64,000 nucleotides of DNA, taken from Gammaproteobacteria bacterium (lineage in GTDB: Bacteria > Pseudomonadota > Gammaproteobacteria > Eutrophobiales > Eutrophobiaceae). Under the pieces are notes generated by a model. It was not told the origin of the DNA. It saw nothing but the letters and a program-made list of their open reading frames with translations, and searched no databases. Position numbers and translations under genes: made by a program. Numbering within the stretch: position 1 is the stretch's first letter; each line of letters starts with the position of its first letter. Of this stretch, positions 11,460 through 21,495 are shown piece after piece. The DNA lies in contig CBDCTH010000012.1 of the NCBI GenBank assembly GCA_965222155.1, forward strand, positions 2,016,001 through 2,080,000. Reading direction: 5' to 3'.

Positions 11460-11605
11460 GGGTTTTGAGGGCTGTTGTGGCGTGACTAGCGCCAGAGCCT
11501 GCCCCTGCATGTCGTAAGCAGGGGGATGGCCCACACGGAACGGAGTAGTGGCACATGGGTGTGCCGTAAACGGACCAAAGGACGGACCAACAGCCCTCAA
11601 AACCC
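11460..11605. mobile_element. GGGTTTTG-family MITE-like element with nested 28-bp insert
   Basis: 18-bp perfect TIR GGGTTTTGAGGGCTGTTG; homologs at 29853 and 32838. Confidence 0.75.
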
Positions 11606-11624
11606 GGTTAGCGGAAACTGCTGG

Positions 11625-11682
11625 TGAAATAACTGTACTGTGAAATAACTGTACTGAAATAACTGTACTGAAATAACTGTAC
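11625..11682 (+). repeat. tandem repeat 4 x TGAAATAACTGTAC
   Basis: Units start at 11625, 11641, 11655 and 11669. Confidence 0.9.
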
Positions 11683-11756
11683 TGGTGACTGGAGCAACGG
11701 TTTTGCGTATCATTGATGTACCGGACCTACGATATTAATAATTTGGGAGGCTATAA

Positions 11757-12386
11757 ATGATTCAACTGTTCAACTATCCCAACACGCGCGGCCTCAGGGT
11801 GACCTGGATGCTGGAAGAACTGGAGGCAGACTACGAATTCAACCTGGTTCCAGCGGGCAGCAACGGGTTTGGCTCAGAGGAATATTTAAAAATCAACCCG
11901 GCCGGAAAAGTCCCGGCACTCCGGGACGGGGACCTGTTGCTGACCGAATCCGCAGCCATCGTGACCTACCTGGGCGATAAATTCCCGGAGAAAAAACTGG
12001 TTCCCCGCGCGGGGTCTGCCGCGCGCGCCAAATACAACCAGTGGTGTTACTTTGTGTTGTCGGAACTCGAACAGCCCCTGTGGACCAAGGGAAAACATAA
12101 ATTCATACTGCCCCCGGACAAACGCGTGCCGGCAGTATTCGAAACCGCCGAATGGGAATTTCAAAAAGCATTGAAGATACTCAGCCAGGGGCTGAATGGA
12201 AATAAATTTATCCTTGGAGACACTTTCAGCGCTGCGGATATCCTGATCGGCCACACCTTGTCCTGGGCCCGTACCGCAAAACAACCCGTTGAGATGCAAA
12301 ACGTAACAGACTATGCAGTTTCGGTACTGGGCAGAGAGGCGCTGCAACGAGCCAGGGCCAGGGAAGCGGCATCGAAGGAAGCCTGA
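11757..12386 (+). CDS. glutathione S-transferase family protein
   Basis: RVTWMLEEL, INPAGKVP, ESAAI, FSAADI. Confidence 0.93.
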   Translation: MIQLFNYPNTRGLRVTWMLEELEADYEFNLVPAGSNGFGSEEYLKINPAGKVPALRDGDLLLTESAAIVTYLGDKFPEKKLVPRAGSAARAKYNQWCYFVLSELEQPLWTKGKHKFILPPDKRVPAVFETAEWEFQKALKILSQGLNGNKFILGDTFSAADILIGHTLSWARTAKQPVEMQNVTDYAVSVLGREALQRARAREAASKEA

Positions 12387-12502
12387 GACACCACATTTAT
12401 AAGGGCAACTTTACCTTGCCCACTGCCTTGCCAGTTCGACACTGTGCCTGAATGGTTTCATGCACAGGTAAAAGGACGGAAATCCGGCAAGGAAACCCGC
12501 CT

Positions 12503-12641
12503 CGTCATTCCGGCGTGTGCCGGAATCCAGTGGACAACCTGTCATTTCTTTATAAGGAATTATTTTTTTGACTGGATTTGCATCCTACGCTCCGTTGACG
12601 GCACATCCATGTGCCACTACTCGGCATTCGCCGGAATGACG
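12503..12641. repeat. GTCATTCCGGC..GGAATCCAG palindromic element with internal insert
   Basis: Ends CGTCATTCCGGCG / CGCCGGAATGACG; second family member at 55476-55574. Confidence 0.7.
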
Positions 12642-13048
12642 ACACTGAGCATGGCAATGACCGGGGCGACTTCAACCTCCCTCATTCCGAGCAGGTCCAG
12701 CAACATGCCGCCGTCACGCAGGAAAGAACCGGAAATGCTGTGGCCACCGCTCTTTGCGATCAGCTTTAAACCCTGAGCCCGGGCATGGTTGACCGCGGCT
12801 ACGACGTCATCGACGGAATTTGCCTGGACGATTAAATCGGGTCGGCGCGCCGGTTTGGCTACCTGCCATACCAGGCTCTTTCTCCTCGTCTCATAGTCGG
12901 GATGATCGCGACTGATCATGTTCCCTGCGAGCGAGCGTGCATAGGCCCCGCCGGATCGGAAAAAAGTGAACAGCGCTCCCCCGGCCCCGACCAGGCCACG
13001 CAGAAATTGCCTTCGGCAAAAACTATCCAGCGCGGCTTTGAAAATCAT
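12617..13048 (-). pseudogene. truncated Tat-exported FAD-linked oxidase (BBE/GlcD-like N-terminus)
   Basis: RRQFL Tat motif, RPDLIV..VAAVNHAR..KSGGHS; ends in repeat-derived VVIPANAE. Confidence 0.75.
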
Positions 13049-13128
13049 GCCGGCAACCCCGTTTCCCGCTACGCCTTACGCTGTATTGACAGGGATGCCG
13101 GCTTCGATCGGAATAACAGTTGTACCGA

Positions 13129-15540
13129 TTAATTAAAATTCCGGCGAAGGCTGACAGACCAGGTTGCCGGCAAGCCGTACACGCCCTCGGTACCATTATT
13201 ATTGGAAAATCCTGTGATGAGATACGCCTCATCGGTCACGTTGCGTCCTGCCGCGGTAATGGACCATACATCGTTGACATCCCGCCAGGTCAGTGAGAGA
13301 TTTAACAGGGTATAGGCGTCTTGTACCAGCAATGGAGTATTTCTGTCGTCATTCGCGACTTTGCTGGTATGGGCCAGGTCAAGCCGCGGTGTCAACGAGC
13401 CCATATCGCCCAGGTCGATAGAATATTGCGCAGCGGCGTTGATGTTCCATTCCGGTGCGTTGATCAGTTGATCATCAATGTCGAAAGCGACACCCTCATC
13501 CAGCTTAGCGTATTCCGCGTCCAGGTAGCCTACGCCGACCTGCAGTAACATTTCGGCTGTAGGCAGCGCGGTCATTTCCACCTCAAATCCCAGGATTTCC
13601 GCCTCTGCCGCATTGACTGTGGACAGGCCGATGGTGCCAGCGCTATCGCTCTCGTCAGAGGTGACCTGCATATCCGTGTAATCGGTGAAAAATACGGACG
13701 CATTCAAGCGCATGCGATTATCGAGCAAGGTGGACTTAAAGCCGCCTTCGTAGACCTTCACGAACTCAGGCCCCGCAACCGGGACTTCACGCTTCGCCGG
13801 AAAGACCCGCTGAGTGAAGGCGCCTGCTTTGAAGCCTTCCGAGTAAGACACGTAAGTCATGAAATCCTCGGCCCACCGGTAAGACAGGTTGACATAGGGT
13901 TGCAACTCACTTGCATTGGAATGGGCAGGCTCCGGTGGCAACACACAGGAACCTTCGGTGTTAGCCGCCGTAAGTGGCGTACCTCGACAGTCGAACGGGG
14001 AGGCAGGTGATATTGACAGTGGAAAAGGGACGCCCCTGTCGATACCAACGTAGGATGCCGGGACAAACTCTTTTTCCTCATCCGTATAACGCACACCTGC
14101 CGTCAGCGATAACTGGCTCGTTATATCAAAGGTGCCCTGGGCAAACACGGCCTTGCTCTCGTTATCTATCGTGCCGCCACTGTCGAATACGGTATTAAAC
14201 GGCAGTTCCACCACATCCAGGTGCTTACCCGTTTCTTTCAGGTAATACAAGCCCACCAGCCATTCCAGGCGATCATCAAAGGCATTGCCCAGCAACTGAA
14301 ATTCCTGGGTGGTCTGTTTTTGCTCATAATCGTTGGCGGTGCGAACAATCACGTGGACCGGCAGCTTCGAATGGCTGGTGTCCCGGGACCAGAAGCCGTC
14401 TTCCACCCGGCGGTGCGCGGTGATGGACTTGAAAGTGAAGTTATCATTGATATCCCACTCAATGGTCCCGCCGACGCCCCAGACATTCAGTTCGGAGTCA
14501 GGGCGCACGGCTACGCCGAAGCGTTCATCCGTCTGTAGTTCCGGTGTTGCGCTGACGTGAGAACTCCAGGTCTTGTAAGGCCCTACGACCCATTGATCAT
14601 TATAACAGTTGTCATTTCCGATCCGGCCCGGGTCCGTGCTGACCGCGAAACCGCCACAGACCGGATCGCCCGATACAAATTGATTATTAATTTGGGGGAA
14701 AAACCCATTTTCCGCCACATCGATCAGGACATTGGGAGCGGGGTTTTCATCGGTGGTGGAATAATCGGCCGTCAAATCCACAGTAATGGCAGCGGAGGGT
14801 GTCCAGCGGAACGCCAGCCGGCCGGAGAGATCTTCGTTATCACCCAGGTCCGGTCCATCTCCCAGGTTTTTCACGTAACCGTCCCGGTTTCTGCTGGAGA
14901 CGGAGATGCTTCCCGCCAGGTTCTCACCCATGGGAACGTTGACATAAGCGTTTACGTCGATACGGTCATAACTGCCGGTCGTCACTTCCGCCCTGCCGTG
15001 GAAGCTGTCGGTCGTCGGCTTTTTGGTGACCACGGAGATAGCGCCGCCGATGGTGTTGCGTCCGAACAGGGTGCCCTGGGGACCGCGTAATACCTCAATA
15101 CGCTCCACGTCCACCGTATCCATGACCTGACCGATGGTACGGGAGATATACACGCCATCCAGGTAAATTCCGACTCCCGGGTCTACCGGCAAAGCCCAGT
15201 CGGCGCTGCCCACACCGCGGATCATGATGATGGCAGCTGAATTACCGGCGGCGATGGGTGCGGTAAAATCGAACACGACGTTCGGCGTAAATTCCCCGAG
15301 GTCGGCAAAATCCACCATGCCCCGTTGTTCTATATCATCAGCCGTAAAAGCGGCGACCGAGATAGGCGTGTCCTGCAGACTCTCTTCGCGCTTGCGGGCG
15401 GTCACTACAATTTCTTCCAGAGCGCCGGCCTGGGCAAGCAGTTCAGTGGTTGCAGTTCCGAGCAGACAGGCAAATAATAAAAGCTGAACAGTGCTGACTG
15501 TCGCTGTTCTTTTTTTGGTTATATTATTGTAATTATACAT
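13129..15540 (-). CDS. TonB-dependent receptor
   Basis: EEIVVTARKREESLQD, RIEVLRGPQGTLFGRN, C-terminal beta strand. Confidence 0.95.
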   Translation of the reverse strand: MYNYNNITKKRTATVSTVQLLLFACLLGTATTELLAQAGALEEIVVTARKREESLQDTPISVAAFTADDIEQRGMVDFADLGEFTPNVVFDFTAPIAAGNSAAIIMIRGVGSADWALPVDPGVGIYLDGVYISRTIGQVMDTVDVERIEVLRGPQGTLFGRNTIGGAISVVTKKPTTDSFHGRAEVTTGSYDRIDVNAYVNVPMGENLAGSISVSSRNRDGYVKNLGDGPDLGDNEDLSGRLAFRWTPSAAITVDLTADYSTTDENPAPNVLIDVAENGFFPQINNQFVSGDPVCGGFAVSTDPGRIGNDNCYNDQWVVGPYKTWSSHVSATPELQTDERFGVAVRPDSELNVWGVGGTIEWDINDNFTFKSITAHRRVEDGFWSRDTSHSKLPVHVIVRTANDYEQKQTTQEFQLLGNAFDDRLEWLVGLYYLKETGKHLDVVELPFNTVFDSGGTIDNESKAVFAQGTFDITSQLSLTAGVRYTDEEKEFVPASYVGIDRGVPFPLSISPASPFDCRGTPLTAANTEGSCVLPPEPAHSNASELQPYVNLSYRWAEDFMTYVSYSEGFKAGAFTQRVFPAKREVPVAGPEFVKVYEGGFKSTLLDNRMRLNASVFFTDYTDMQVTSDESDSAGTIGLSTVNAAEAEILGFEVEMTALPTAEMLLQVGVGYLDAEYAKLDEGVAFDIDDQLINAPEWNINAAAQYSIDLGDMGSLTPRLDLAHTSKVANDDRNTPLLVQDAYTLLNLSLTWRDVNDVWSITAAGRNVTDEAYLITGFSNNNGTEGVYGLPATWSVSLRRNFN

Positions 15541-15639
15541 CTCGTTCCTCGAATTATGTGTTTAGAAAAGAATCTTTACCGTCATCATGGTGATTCGGCC
15601 AGTATACCTTGTATTATATTTATAACAACCTGTATTTAA

Positions 15640-15820
15640 TCAGAAATGTGAATATCCCGCGCCCTCAGGGATATGTTCGGAAGCGTCGTTTCTTATACAG
15701 CTAAGCCCCTGCCCTGCCGTAATTGTGCCGATGCGGTATGCCGGGTGGCCGATGCGTTCCAATGCCTGCTGTTTTGCCGGCGGTACGGAAAAACACAACT
15801 CGTAATCATCGCCGCCGCTG
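15640..15820 (-). pseudogene. displaced duplicate of the thiL 3' end (left island boundary)
   Basis: 181 bp colinear with 22762-22942; SGGDDYELCF...EGAGYSHF-stop. Confidence 0.9.
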
Positions 15821-15868
15821 GTGTTTTCGACTAACCCCTTATACAACCATCAGAGAGGTCTCGGTGTT

Positions 15869-15877
15869 TGTTATAAT
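15869..15877 (+). promoter_or_regulatory. extended -10 element upstream of the island operon
   Basis: TGTTATAAT (TGn-TATAAT) about 115 bp before the first ORF. Confidence 0.35.
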
Positions 15878-15993
15878 GAATTTTTTACCAGAGAGTTAGG
15901 ATTTAACATACTCAATAGCAGTAACGAAGCAAGTTTTACTGAAAAACAGGATATTATGGAATACTGTTGTATTTTTAATGTGTAGTTACAACT

Positions 15994-16728
15994 ATGTCAT
16001 ACTTTGAGGAAATAAAGGAAGCGTATAAATTGGTCTGTGGTGGTGAGACTTCACAAGCAGCTGTGGGGCAAGCATTACAATACGAAAACTGGCAACATCT
16101 CCACGATAAAATTACCAGGAAGGTTCTTAACCACCCGGATTACCCTCTCCTGGCTGCCGACAGGGAACAACCTATACCAACCTGTTCAGAGTTGGCTCAA
16201 GATTGCCAAATACCGAGAAGTAGCAAAAAAATCAGTCTAGCCTACTCCCTGTATAGATATAGAGTAGAAGTTTCCTCTCCACAGCTTAAAATGATATATG
16301 CCGATGACCTCACAAAACTTTGGAGAAAACTTGAACGAGAACGCATCAAGAAAGTCTGGATTACCACAAATCATTTAGCCCTGCGGTCGGAACGTGATTT
16401 ACATGATTTAGTGTGTCGTTTAGGCTTGTATCATTGGCGAAGGCCTCTGTTGGATACACCTGTCTTTTGCCTGGAATGGCGTAATATAGACTGTGTCAAA
16501 CCTAACGCACTGGATGCTGGGTTAGCATTCTACTTTCATCAAACGCCGGAACAAGCTCCTGGCAGCACGCGAAACCTGGAAACAGGTGAACCGGATATGG
16601 AAGAATGGTTATGTTTAGAGGTCGATAATAATTCGATAAAATGTGTGGCTGGCTGTTTCACCCGCCAAGAAGTAGAATTAAATATGAGCAATTATTTCGA
16701 AAAGAACGCACAAAGGATGAGGGGGTAA
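15994..16728 (+). CDS. hypothetical protein (island gene 1)
   Basis: 244-aa ORF at the head of the operon; C-terminal RLGL..P..LDAG..F..GSTRNL..G..EEW pattern. Confidence 0.75.
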   Translation: MSYFEEIKEAYKLVCGGETSQAAVGQALQYENWQHLHDKITRKVLNHPDYPLLAADREQPIPTCSELAQDCQIPRSSKKISLAYSLYRYRVEVSSPQLKMIYADDLTKLWRKLERERIKKVWITTNHLALRSERDLHDLVCRLGLYHWRRPLLDTPVFCLEWRNIDCVKPNALDAGLAFYFHQTPEQAPGSTRNLETGEPDMEEWLCLEVDNNSIKCVAGCFTRQEVELNMSNYFEKNAQRMRG

Positions 16729-16734
16729 TGTTGT

Positions 16735-17739
16735 ATGGATGAGCAACAAATTATCCGACATTTCTTCAAGGATGAGGATTCCGCGATTTCATATATCCAA
16801 AATCGCTTGCTGGGTAACTTCGACGATGCCCCACCGCCAACCGGTGACCGTTTCATCGAAGAATACGCGACGGATATTCTGCAACACCTGGTTTATGACC
16901 TTGAAGATAAATCTATTTTCTGGAATGCCTGTTTCCGGTTATTCAAAGAATGGCGAGACCCTGAGAAAGCTGATCAAGAACATGCGACAGGTCTGAGTGA
17001 ATTAGCCTATTTGATCCGTCAAATTAATCAGAATAATGAAAAAGTATTCAGTGAAGAAAGATATCGCTGGCAAAAAGAACTAGACCCCCAGAATCTCAGA
17101 GTGATCCCATATGTTACTCAAGAAGCAAATTTGGTATACACCCAGAATTTGAGTCTGGTGCATATTTGGAGCCTTTGGCCTAATGATCGATGGTTAAGAC
17201 TATACGAAAATATCCTGAAGGCAAGCGAAGTGAACAACGAAGCTCAATTTGAGCTTATGCTGATTACTATCCAACACATGAAATGGGACGTAATGAAGAC
17301 CAGACAGTTATTCCGGTGGGCCTTGGATCGGGATAACCTGCCGAAAACTTTTTATAACCAGTATATTTTTCACCGTTTATGCGAATGTGGTAATAGCATG
17401 ACCGACACCAGTACTAAGGAACAGAAGATATGCCAGAGCAAGTTAGTTGGCGATATTCTAATAACTCATGACCAGTTGTTCTATAGCTTACCCAAAGAGC
17501 AAAAAGAGGCACTCGGTAAGGCCTTGCTTGAAGCCAGTGAGTTGTTAGATTTGAAAAGTTTTAAATGCCTGGATAAGGGAAAGAGAGCCCTACTGAAGCG
17601 AGAGCTTGATAAACTCGTCCAACCACCTTCTGAAGGGGAAACCTGCATGATTAAATCCAATACTGAAGCCTCGTCCGAGCATAGATTCATGAAAGCAGAT
17701 TATGCCGGGGACGCTGAGGATGGACGATTAGCTGCCTGA
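16735..17739 (+). CDS. hypothetical protein, probably alpha-helical (island gene 2)
   Basis: 334-aa ORF, 6 nt after gene 1; no recognisable catalytic motif. Confidence 0.75.
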   Translation: MDEQQIIRHFFKDEDSAISYIQNRLLGNFDDAPPPTGDRFIEEYATDILQHLVYDLEDKSIFWNACFRLFKEWRDPEKADQEHATGLSELAYLIRQINQNNEKVFSEERYRWQKELDPQNLRVIPYVTQEANLVYTQNLSLVHIWSLWPNDRWLRLYENILKASEVNNEAQFELMLITIQHMKWDVMKTRQLFRWALDRDNLPKTFYNQYIFHRLCECGNSMTDTSTKEQKICQSKLVGDILITHDQLFYSLPKEQKEALGKALLEASELLDLKSFKCLDKGKRALLKRELDKLVQPPSEGETCMIKSNTEASSEHRFMKADYAGDAEDGRLAA

Positions 17740-17743
17740 ACAG

Positions 17744-20551
17744 ATGTCTGCTCAATCAACTCAATTCATCTCTTTCTACTCTTACAAAGGTGGAGTGGGA
17801 CGCAGCACAGTGCTTGCCAACCTTGCTTGCAGGCAAGCAATGCAGGGCAGAAAGGTTCTGATTATCGACCTTGATCTCGAGGCACCAGGGCAACACAGTA
17901 GCGGATTGTTTGAAGGGAATCTGGTAGCTGATTCGGCAATAAAAGGGGGGTTTATTGACCTCTGCGAATCCTGGAAAAAACACCGTGAGGAAACGCCTGA
18001 CGAAGTATATGAATGGGATTTGCGAGAATACATGCTGCGAAGCGTTCTTCCGGATACTTTGCCTGGCACCAACAAGGGCGAAATTTTTTTGATGCCTGCC
18101 GGTAAAAAACTGGGTACAGGCTATGTCGAAAAACTGAACAGACTTGATTGGCATGGCTTCTTCTCATTATCTGGAAACAAAGGTTACCAGTTGCTTGCCA
18201 CTTTGAAGTTATACTGTGAGATCGAAGAATTTGATAAAGTATTCATTGATTCAAGGACGGGACTCAGTGACCCCTATTACATGGCAACCTCCTGGTTAAG
18301 CGATACTGTTGTTTGTTTCAGTTTGTTGAACAAGCAGAGTGTTGAAGGGTGCCGTTATACCATGGGGCTTATCCTGACCGAAGACTTCAAGAGTAAATAT
18401 GGTGAAAAACGTGTATTGCCAGTAGCCACCCTGATTCCTCCAACCAGAAATTTTGAGTCTAACAATAGAATAAAAGACATTCTTGCTGCCGAATGGCCCG
18501 AAATTGAGAGCGGTTTCGTCACTGAATTCAGGTATGACGACGCGCTGGCCTTGGAAGAACAAATACTGGTAATTAAAGATGGATTTGAAGAATCGGATTT
18601 CGGTAAGTCATTGAAGGCACTGAATACTGCCCTGGAAACTTCAGCCTCTTATTTGCTGAGCAAAGATCAGGCACGTAAAAACTTCAGAGAAACAGCTTTA
18701 AAAAATCCTTTTCCTAACCTTCGCATCGAGTACTGGAGTCCGATGGAGATTGCCAGTCACTATTCAACCATTTATCCAAGGATTGAAGAACAATTGACAA
18801 GCTTTCAACCTGTTATTGTTTATGGATCTCGAGGGACAGGCAAAACCACCATGGCTCGTTATTTCGATTATGAAACCCAATTAATCATATTTGAGCAAAA
18901 TAATCAACGCATGCCAAAGCCCGAAGAACTTTCTTACCTTGGCTTGTGGATTCGTCAGGACAGCGATTTTCTCAAGGCATTTAATGTGCCTGATGAGGAT
19001 AAACAGAAGAATTACAGTGCCCTTTTTGGCTTGTTCTTCGACATGGTTGTATTGCGCAAAGCACTACACGCTATGCAGGCTTCCGAAGGACTGTCTGGCT
19101 GGGTTAAATCAACCGCAGAGTTATTCCGGGTTTTGTGTCGTGAAATCGGTGTACCAGTTGTTGAGCAATGTGATATGGAAGTTTTTTTGAAGCATTTAGA
19201 AACTCGTTTATACGAAATTCGCGCTTATATCAACAATCCCCATCGCACTGAAATACCGTACCTGTTCCAGGGTAACACCTTAATGAAGCTGTTGGCAGAA
19301 CAACTAAAGAAAAGAGGAAACTTCCATTTTGTGGTATTTGTTGATGAGGTTGAAAATTATGCAAGCCATCAGCAACAAATGCTTAATACACGAGTTAAAC
19401 ATGTTAAAGAGAGTGATGCAGTCACCTATAAGTTGCTTGCACTTAATGATGGAATCAAAACCACATCCACGGACTCAGATAAACAGGAACTGGAGGTAAC
19501 CCACGACTACCGTGCTTATTTTCTGGATGAAGAAATCGAGTTTGATGAATTCAAGAAATGTGCGGAAATTTTGGTGGACCGATATATCTCCAGTTCACCC
19601 CAGTTTCAACATATCGGCCAAGTACAGAAATATCTGGAATATCTTACACCTGAAGAAGAAGCGCGAAAAATCTGCGGAACCCGAAGCAATAAATTACTGA
19701 TTGGCTACCTAGGCAAGCAGCATCACCTAAAGGCGAACCATGCCCTGATACAATGGATGCGGAAAGAACCCAACATACTACGCCAAGTGGTTGCTACTGT
19801 GATGGCTAATCAGGGCAAGAACGCCGATGATGTTGCAAAGAATATGCACTATAACACTTCTACAGCACAAGACTGGTATCACAACTATTCAAGAGGAGCA
19901 TTGTATTGGTTGTGTACCTTACATAGAAAAACAAAAACTTACTCAGGGTTTAACGATATTGCCGGTATTGCCGGTGAAAATATTCGTGTGGTGGTAGATC
20001 TATTTTACGCAATTTTTGAAGAATGGATTAAACAAGAAGAAAGGGGGTTGCCATTCAGCTATGAACTGCAAAGCAGGTGCATCGTGGACATGTCAAGAAC
20101 CTATTTCAAGAAGCTCGACCGGTTTCGGCCCACGGAAAATCAACTGAACCGGTTAGTAGAGCGTCTCGGTAATCTTTTTGCCGCAATACATAAGAGTCCG
20201 CGGCAGGGAGAGCCGGAAATCAATCATTTCTCGGCAAATGGGGACATGGATGACGAGACGGTGAAACACCTGAAGATTTGTCGGCAGGAGAATTTACTGC
20301 GGTGGTTACCAAGCAACAAACAAAAGTCATCAAGCGACTACTTGCCCGATGCTTTCCAGATTAATCCCTGTTTTACCCCGAACTTCGGTATTTCCTGGCG
20401 AAGAAAAAAGAAGCTTACGCTAACGCCCGATGATGTCCATAAACTCTGTTTGGGTACGGATGATGAGTGGAAAAAGATTCACTCTCGCATCGAGCGGCAA
20501 TATCATCGTGGAAGAAACGGTGACAAGTCTCAAGAAAGCCTACTACTTTAA
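17744..20551 (+). CDS. double NTPase: ParA/MinD-like KGGVGR domain fused to ORC/CDC6-like P-loop ATPase (island gene 3)
   Basis: SYKGGVGRST, DLDLEAPG, FIDSRTG; then NPF, YGSRGTGKTT (Walker A), VVFVDEVEN (Walker B), YSGFNDIAGIAGENIR. Confidence 0.85.
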   Translation: MSAQSTQFISFYSYKGGVGRSTVLANLACRQAMQGRKVLIIDLDLEAPGQHSSGLFEGNLVADSAIKGGFIDLCESWKKHREETPDEVYEWDLREYMLRSVLPDTLPGTNKGEIFLMPAGKKLGTGYVEKLNRLDWHGFFSLSGNKGYQLLATLKLYCEIEEFDKVFIDSRTGLSDPYYMATSWLSDTVVCFSLLNKQSVEGCRYTMGLILTEDFKSKYGEKRVLPVATLIPPTRNFESNNRIKDILAAEWPEIESGFVTEFRYDDALALEEQILVIKDGFEESDFGKSLKALNTALETSASYLLSKDQARKNFRETALKNPFPNLRIEYWSPMEIASHYSTIYPRIEEQLTSFQPVIVYGSRGTGKTTMARYFDYETQLIIFEQNNQRMPKPEELSYLGLWIRQDSDFLKAFNVPDEDKQKNYSALFGLFFDMVVLRKALHAMQASEGLSGWVKSTAELFRVLCREIGVPVVEQCDMEVFLKHLETRLYEIRAYINNPHRTEIPYLFQGNTLMKLLAEQLKKRGNFHFVVFVDEVENYASHQQQMLNTRVKHVKESDAVTYKLLALNDGIKTTSTDSDKQELEVTHDYRAYFLDEEIEFDEFKKCAEILVDRYISSSPQFQHIGQVQKYLEYLTPEEEARKICGTRSNKLLIGYLGKQHHLKANHALIQWMRKEPNILRQVVATVMANQGKNADDVAKNMHYNTSTAQDWYHNYSRGALYWLCTLHRKTKTYSGFNDIAGIAGENIRVVVDLFYAIFEEWIKQEERGLPFSYELQSRCIVDMSRTYFKKLDRFRPTENQLNRLVERLGNLFAAIHKSPRQGEPEINHFSANGDMDDETVKHLKICRQENLLRWLPSNKQKSSSDYLPDAFQINPCFTPNFGISWRRKKKLTLTPDDVHKLCLGTDDEWKKIHSRIERQYHRGRNGDKSQESLLL

Positions 20552-21495
20552 TGCTCGAACAATATGCTCCTGTTGACCAATCCTACCGGGAAATAGCTGG
20601 TTTACGTCCGTGGAACCTGTTGTTGACCGGAAGCCAAGAAACACTGGAGGCTGAACCCAGGTGCGTGGAACCCATTAAAAAGATTTCCCCTCATTTATCT
20701 GAAAAATATCAGCATATAAAAATTACCCGCCAACCGGATAAAGGGGGCGACGGCAGATTCATTCTTGATAAAGACGGAAAAACAAAGGAAACATCTGCCC
20801 AGGATTTCCACAAAAGCTTTAAAGAAATCATGGAGCGGCCTTGTGAGCAATCCGTTAGTGTGTTGATGGACATAACCAGCCTTGAATTGGATGCAATCCT
20901 TCATCTCCAGCATTATTTTAACCAACCGGATAATGTTCAAAACTTGTTTGCACTGTACACTTCTCCGCAAGATTATCATGGCCGTGACGAGTACAAATTG
21001 CGACTCAACGAGGTTGCTCAGCCGCCCGGCTACATCTCCCTGCGTCTGGATGAAGCCTCTTCTTATCCCCATGTTTTTATTTTGGGGTTTGATACAGGCA
21101 GGGCACTAAGATTCTTTGATCTGTTTGATGAATGGAAGGACAAAGAAAAATACGCCATCATCAGTGAACCATCTTATGTTCCCGACGGTGCCAGGAAAGC
21201 CAGGGATGCCAATCCATGGATTAACGATTTAATGCCTGAACAAATTTTTTCAATCCAAGGATTTGATCCGCTCGAGGTCTACGAAAAGTTACAGCAACTG
21301 TATCAACTCAAAGAACGGCTGGACATCATACCATTGGGACCAAAGCTGATGCTCCTGGGCGCTACCCGATTCTACTTTTCTTTGGCTGAAAAAGAACGCA
21401 ACAATGTTCGTATTTTGTACGATTTTCCACAATCTACTGCTGGGATTACTTCTGGCATAGGTTGGCACTACCTGTTTGACTGCAAAGCATCATGA
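20551..21495 (+). CDS. hypothetical alpha/beta protein, possibly tandem CARF-like (island gene 4)
   Basis: TAATG overlap with gene 3; MDITSL..LYTSPQDY..PPGY..ILGFD..R..DIIPLGPK. Confidence 0.7.
   Translation: MLEQYAPVDQSYREIAGLRPWNLLLTGSQETLEAEPRCVEPIKKISPHLSEKYQHIKITRQPDKGGDGRFILDKDGKTKETSAQDFHKSFKEIMERPCEQSVSVLMDITSLELDAILHLQHYFNQPDNVQNLFALYTSPQDYHGRDEYKLRLNEVAQPPGYISLRLDEASSYPHVFILGFDTGRALRFFDLFDEWKDKEKYAIISEPSYVPDGARKARDANPWINDLMPEQIFSIQGFDPLEVYEKLQQLYQLKERLDIIPLGPKLMLLGATRFYFSLAEKERNNVRILYDFPQSTAGITSGIGWHYLFDCKAS

Noticed and set aside
11625-11682. Possible CRISPR array
   Set aside because: Units are 14 bp and head-to-tail with no spacers
15901-15928. dif-like Xer site (ATTTAACATA resembles the XerD arm) near the island edge
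   Set aside because: No XerC arm at 6-bp spacing
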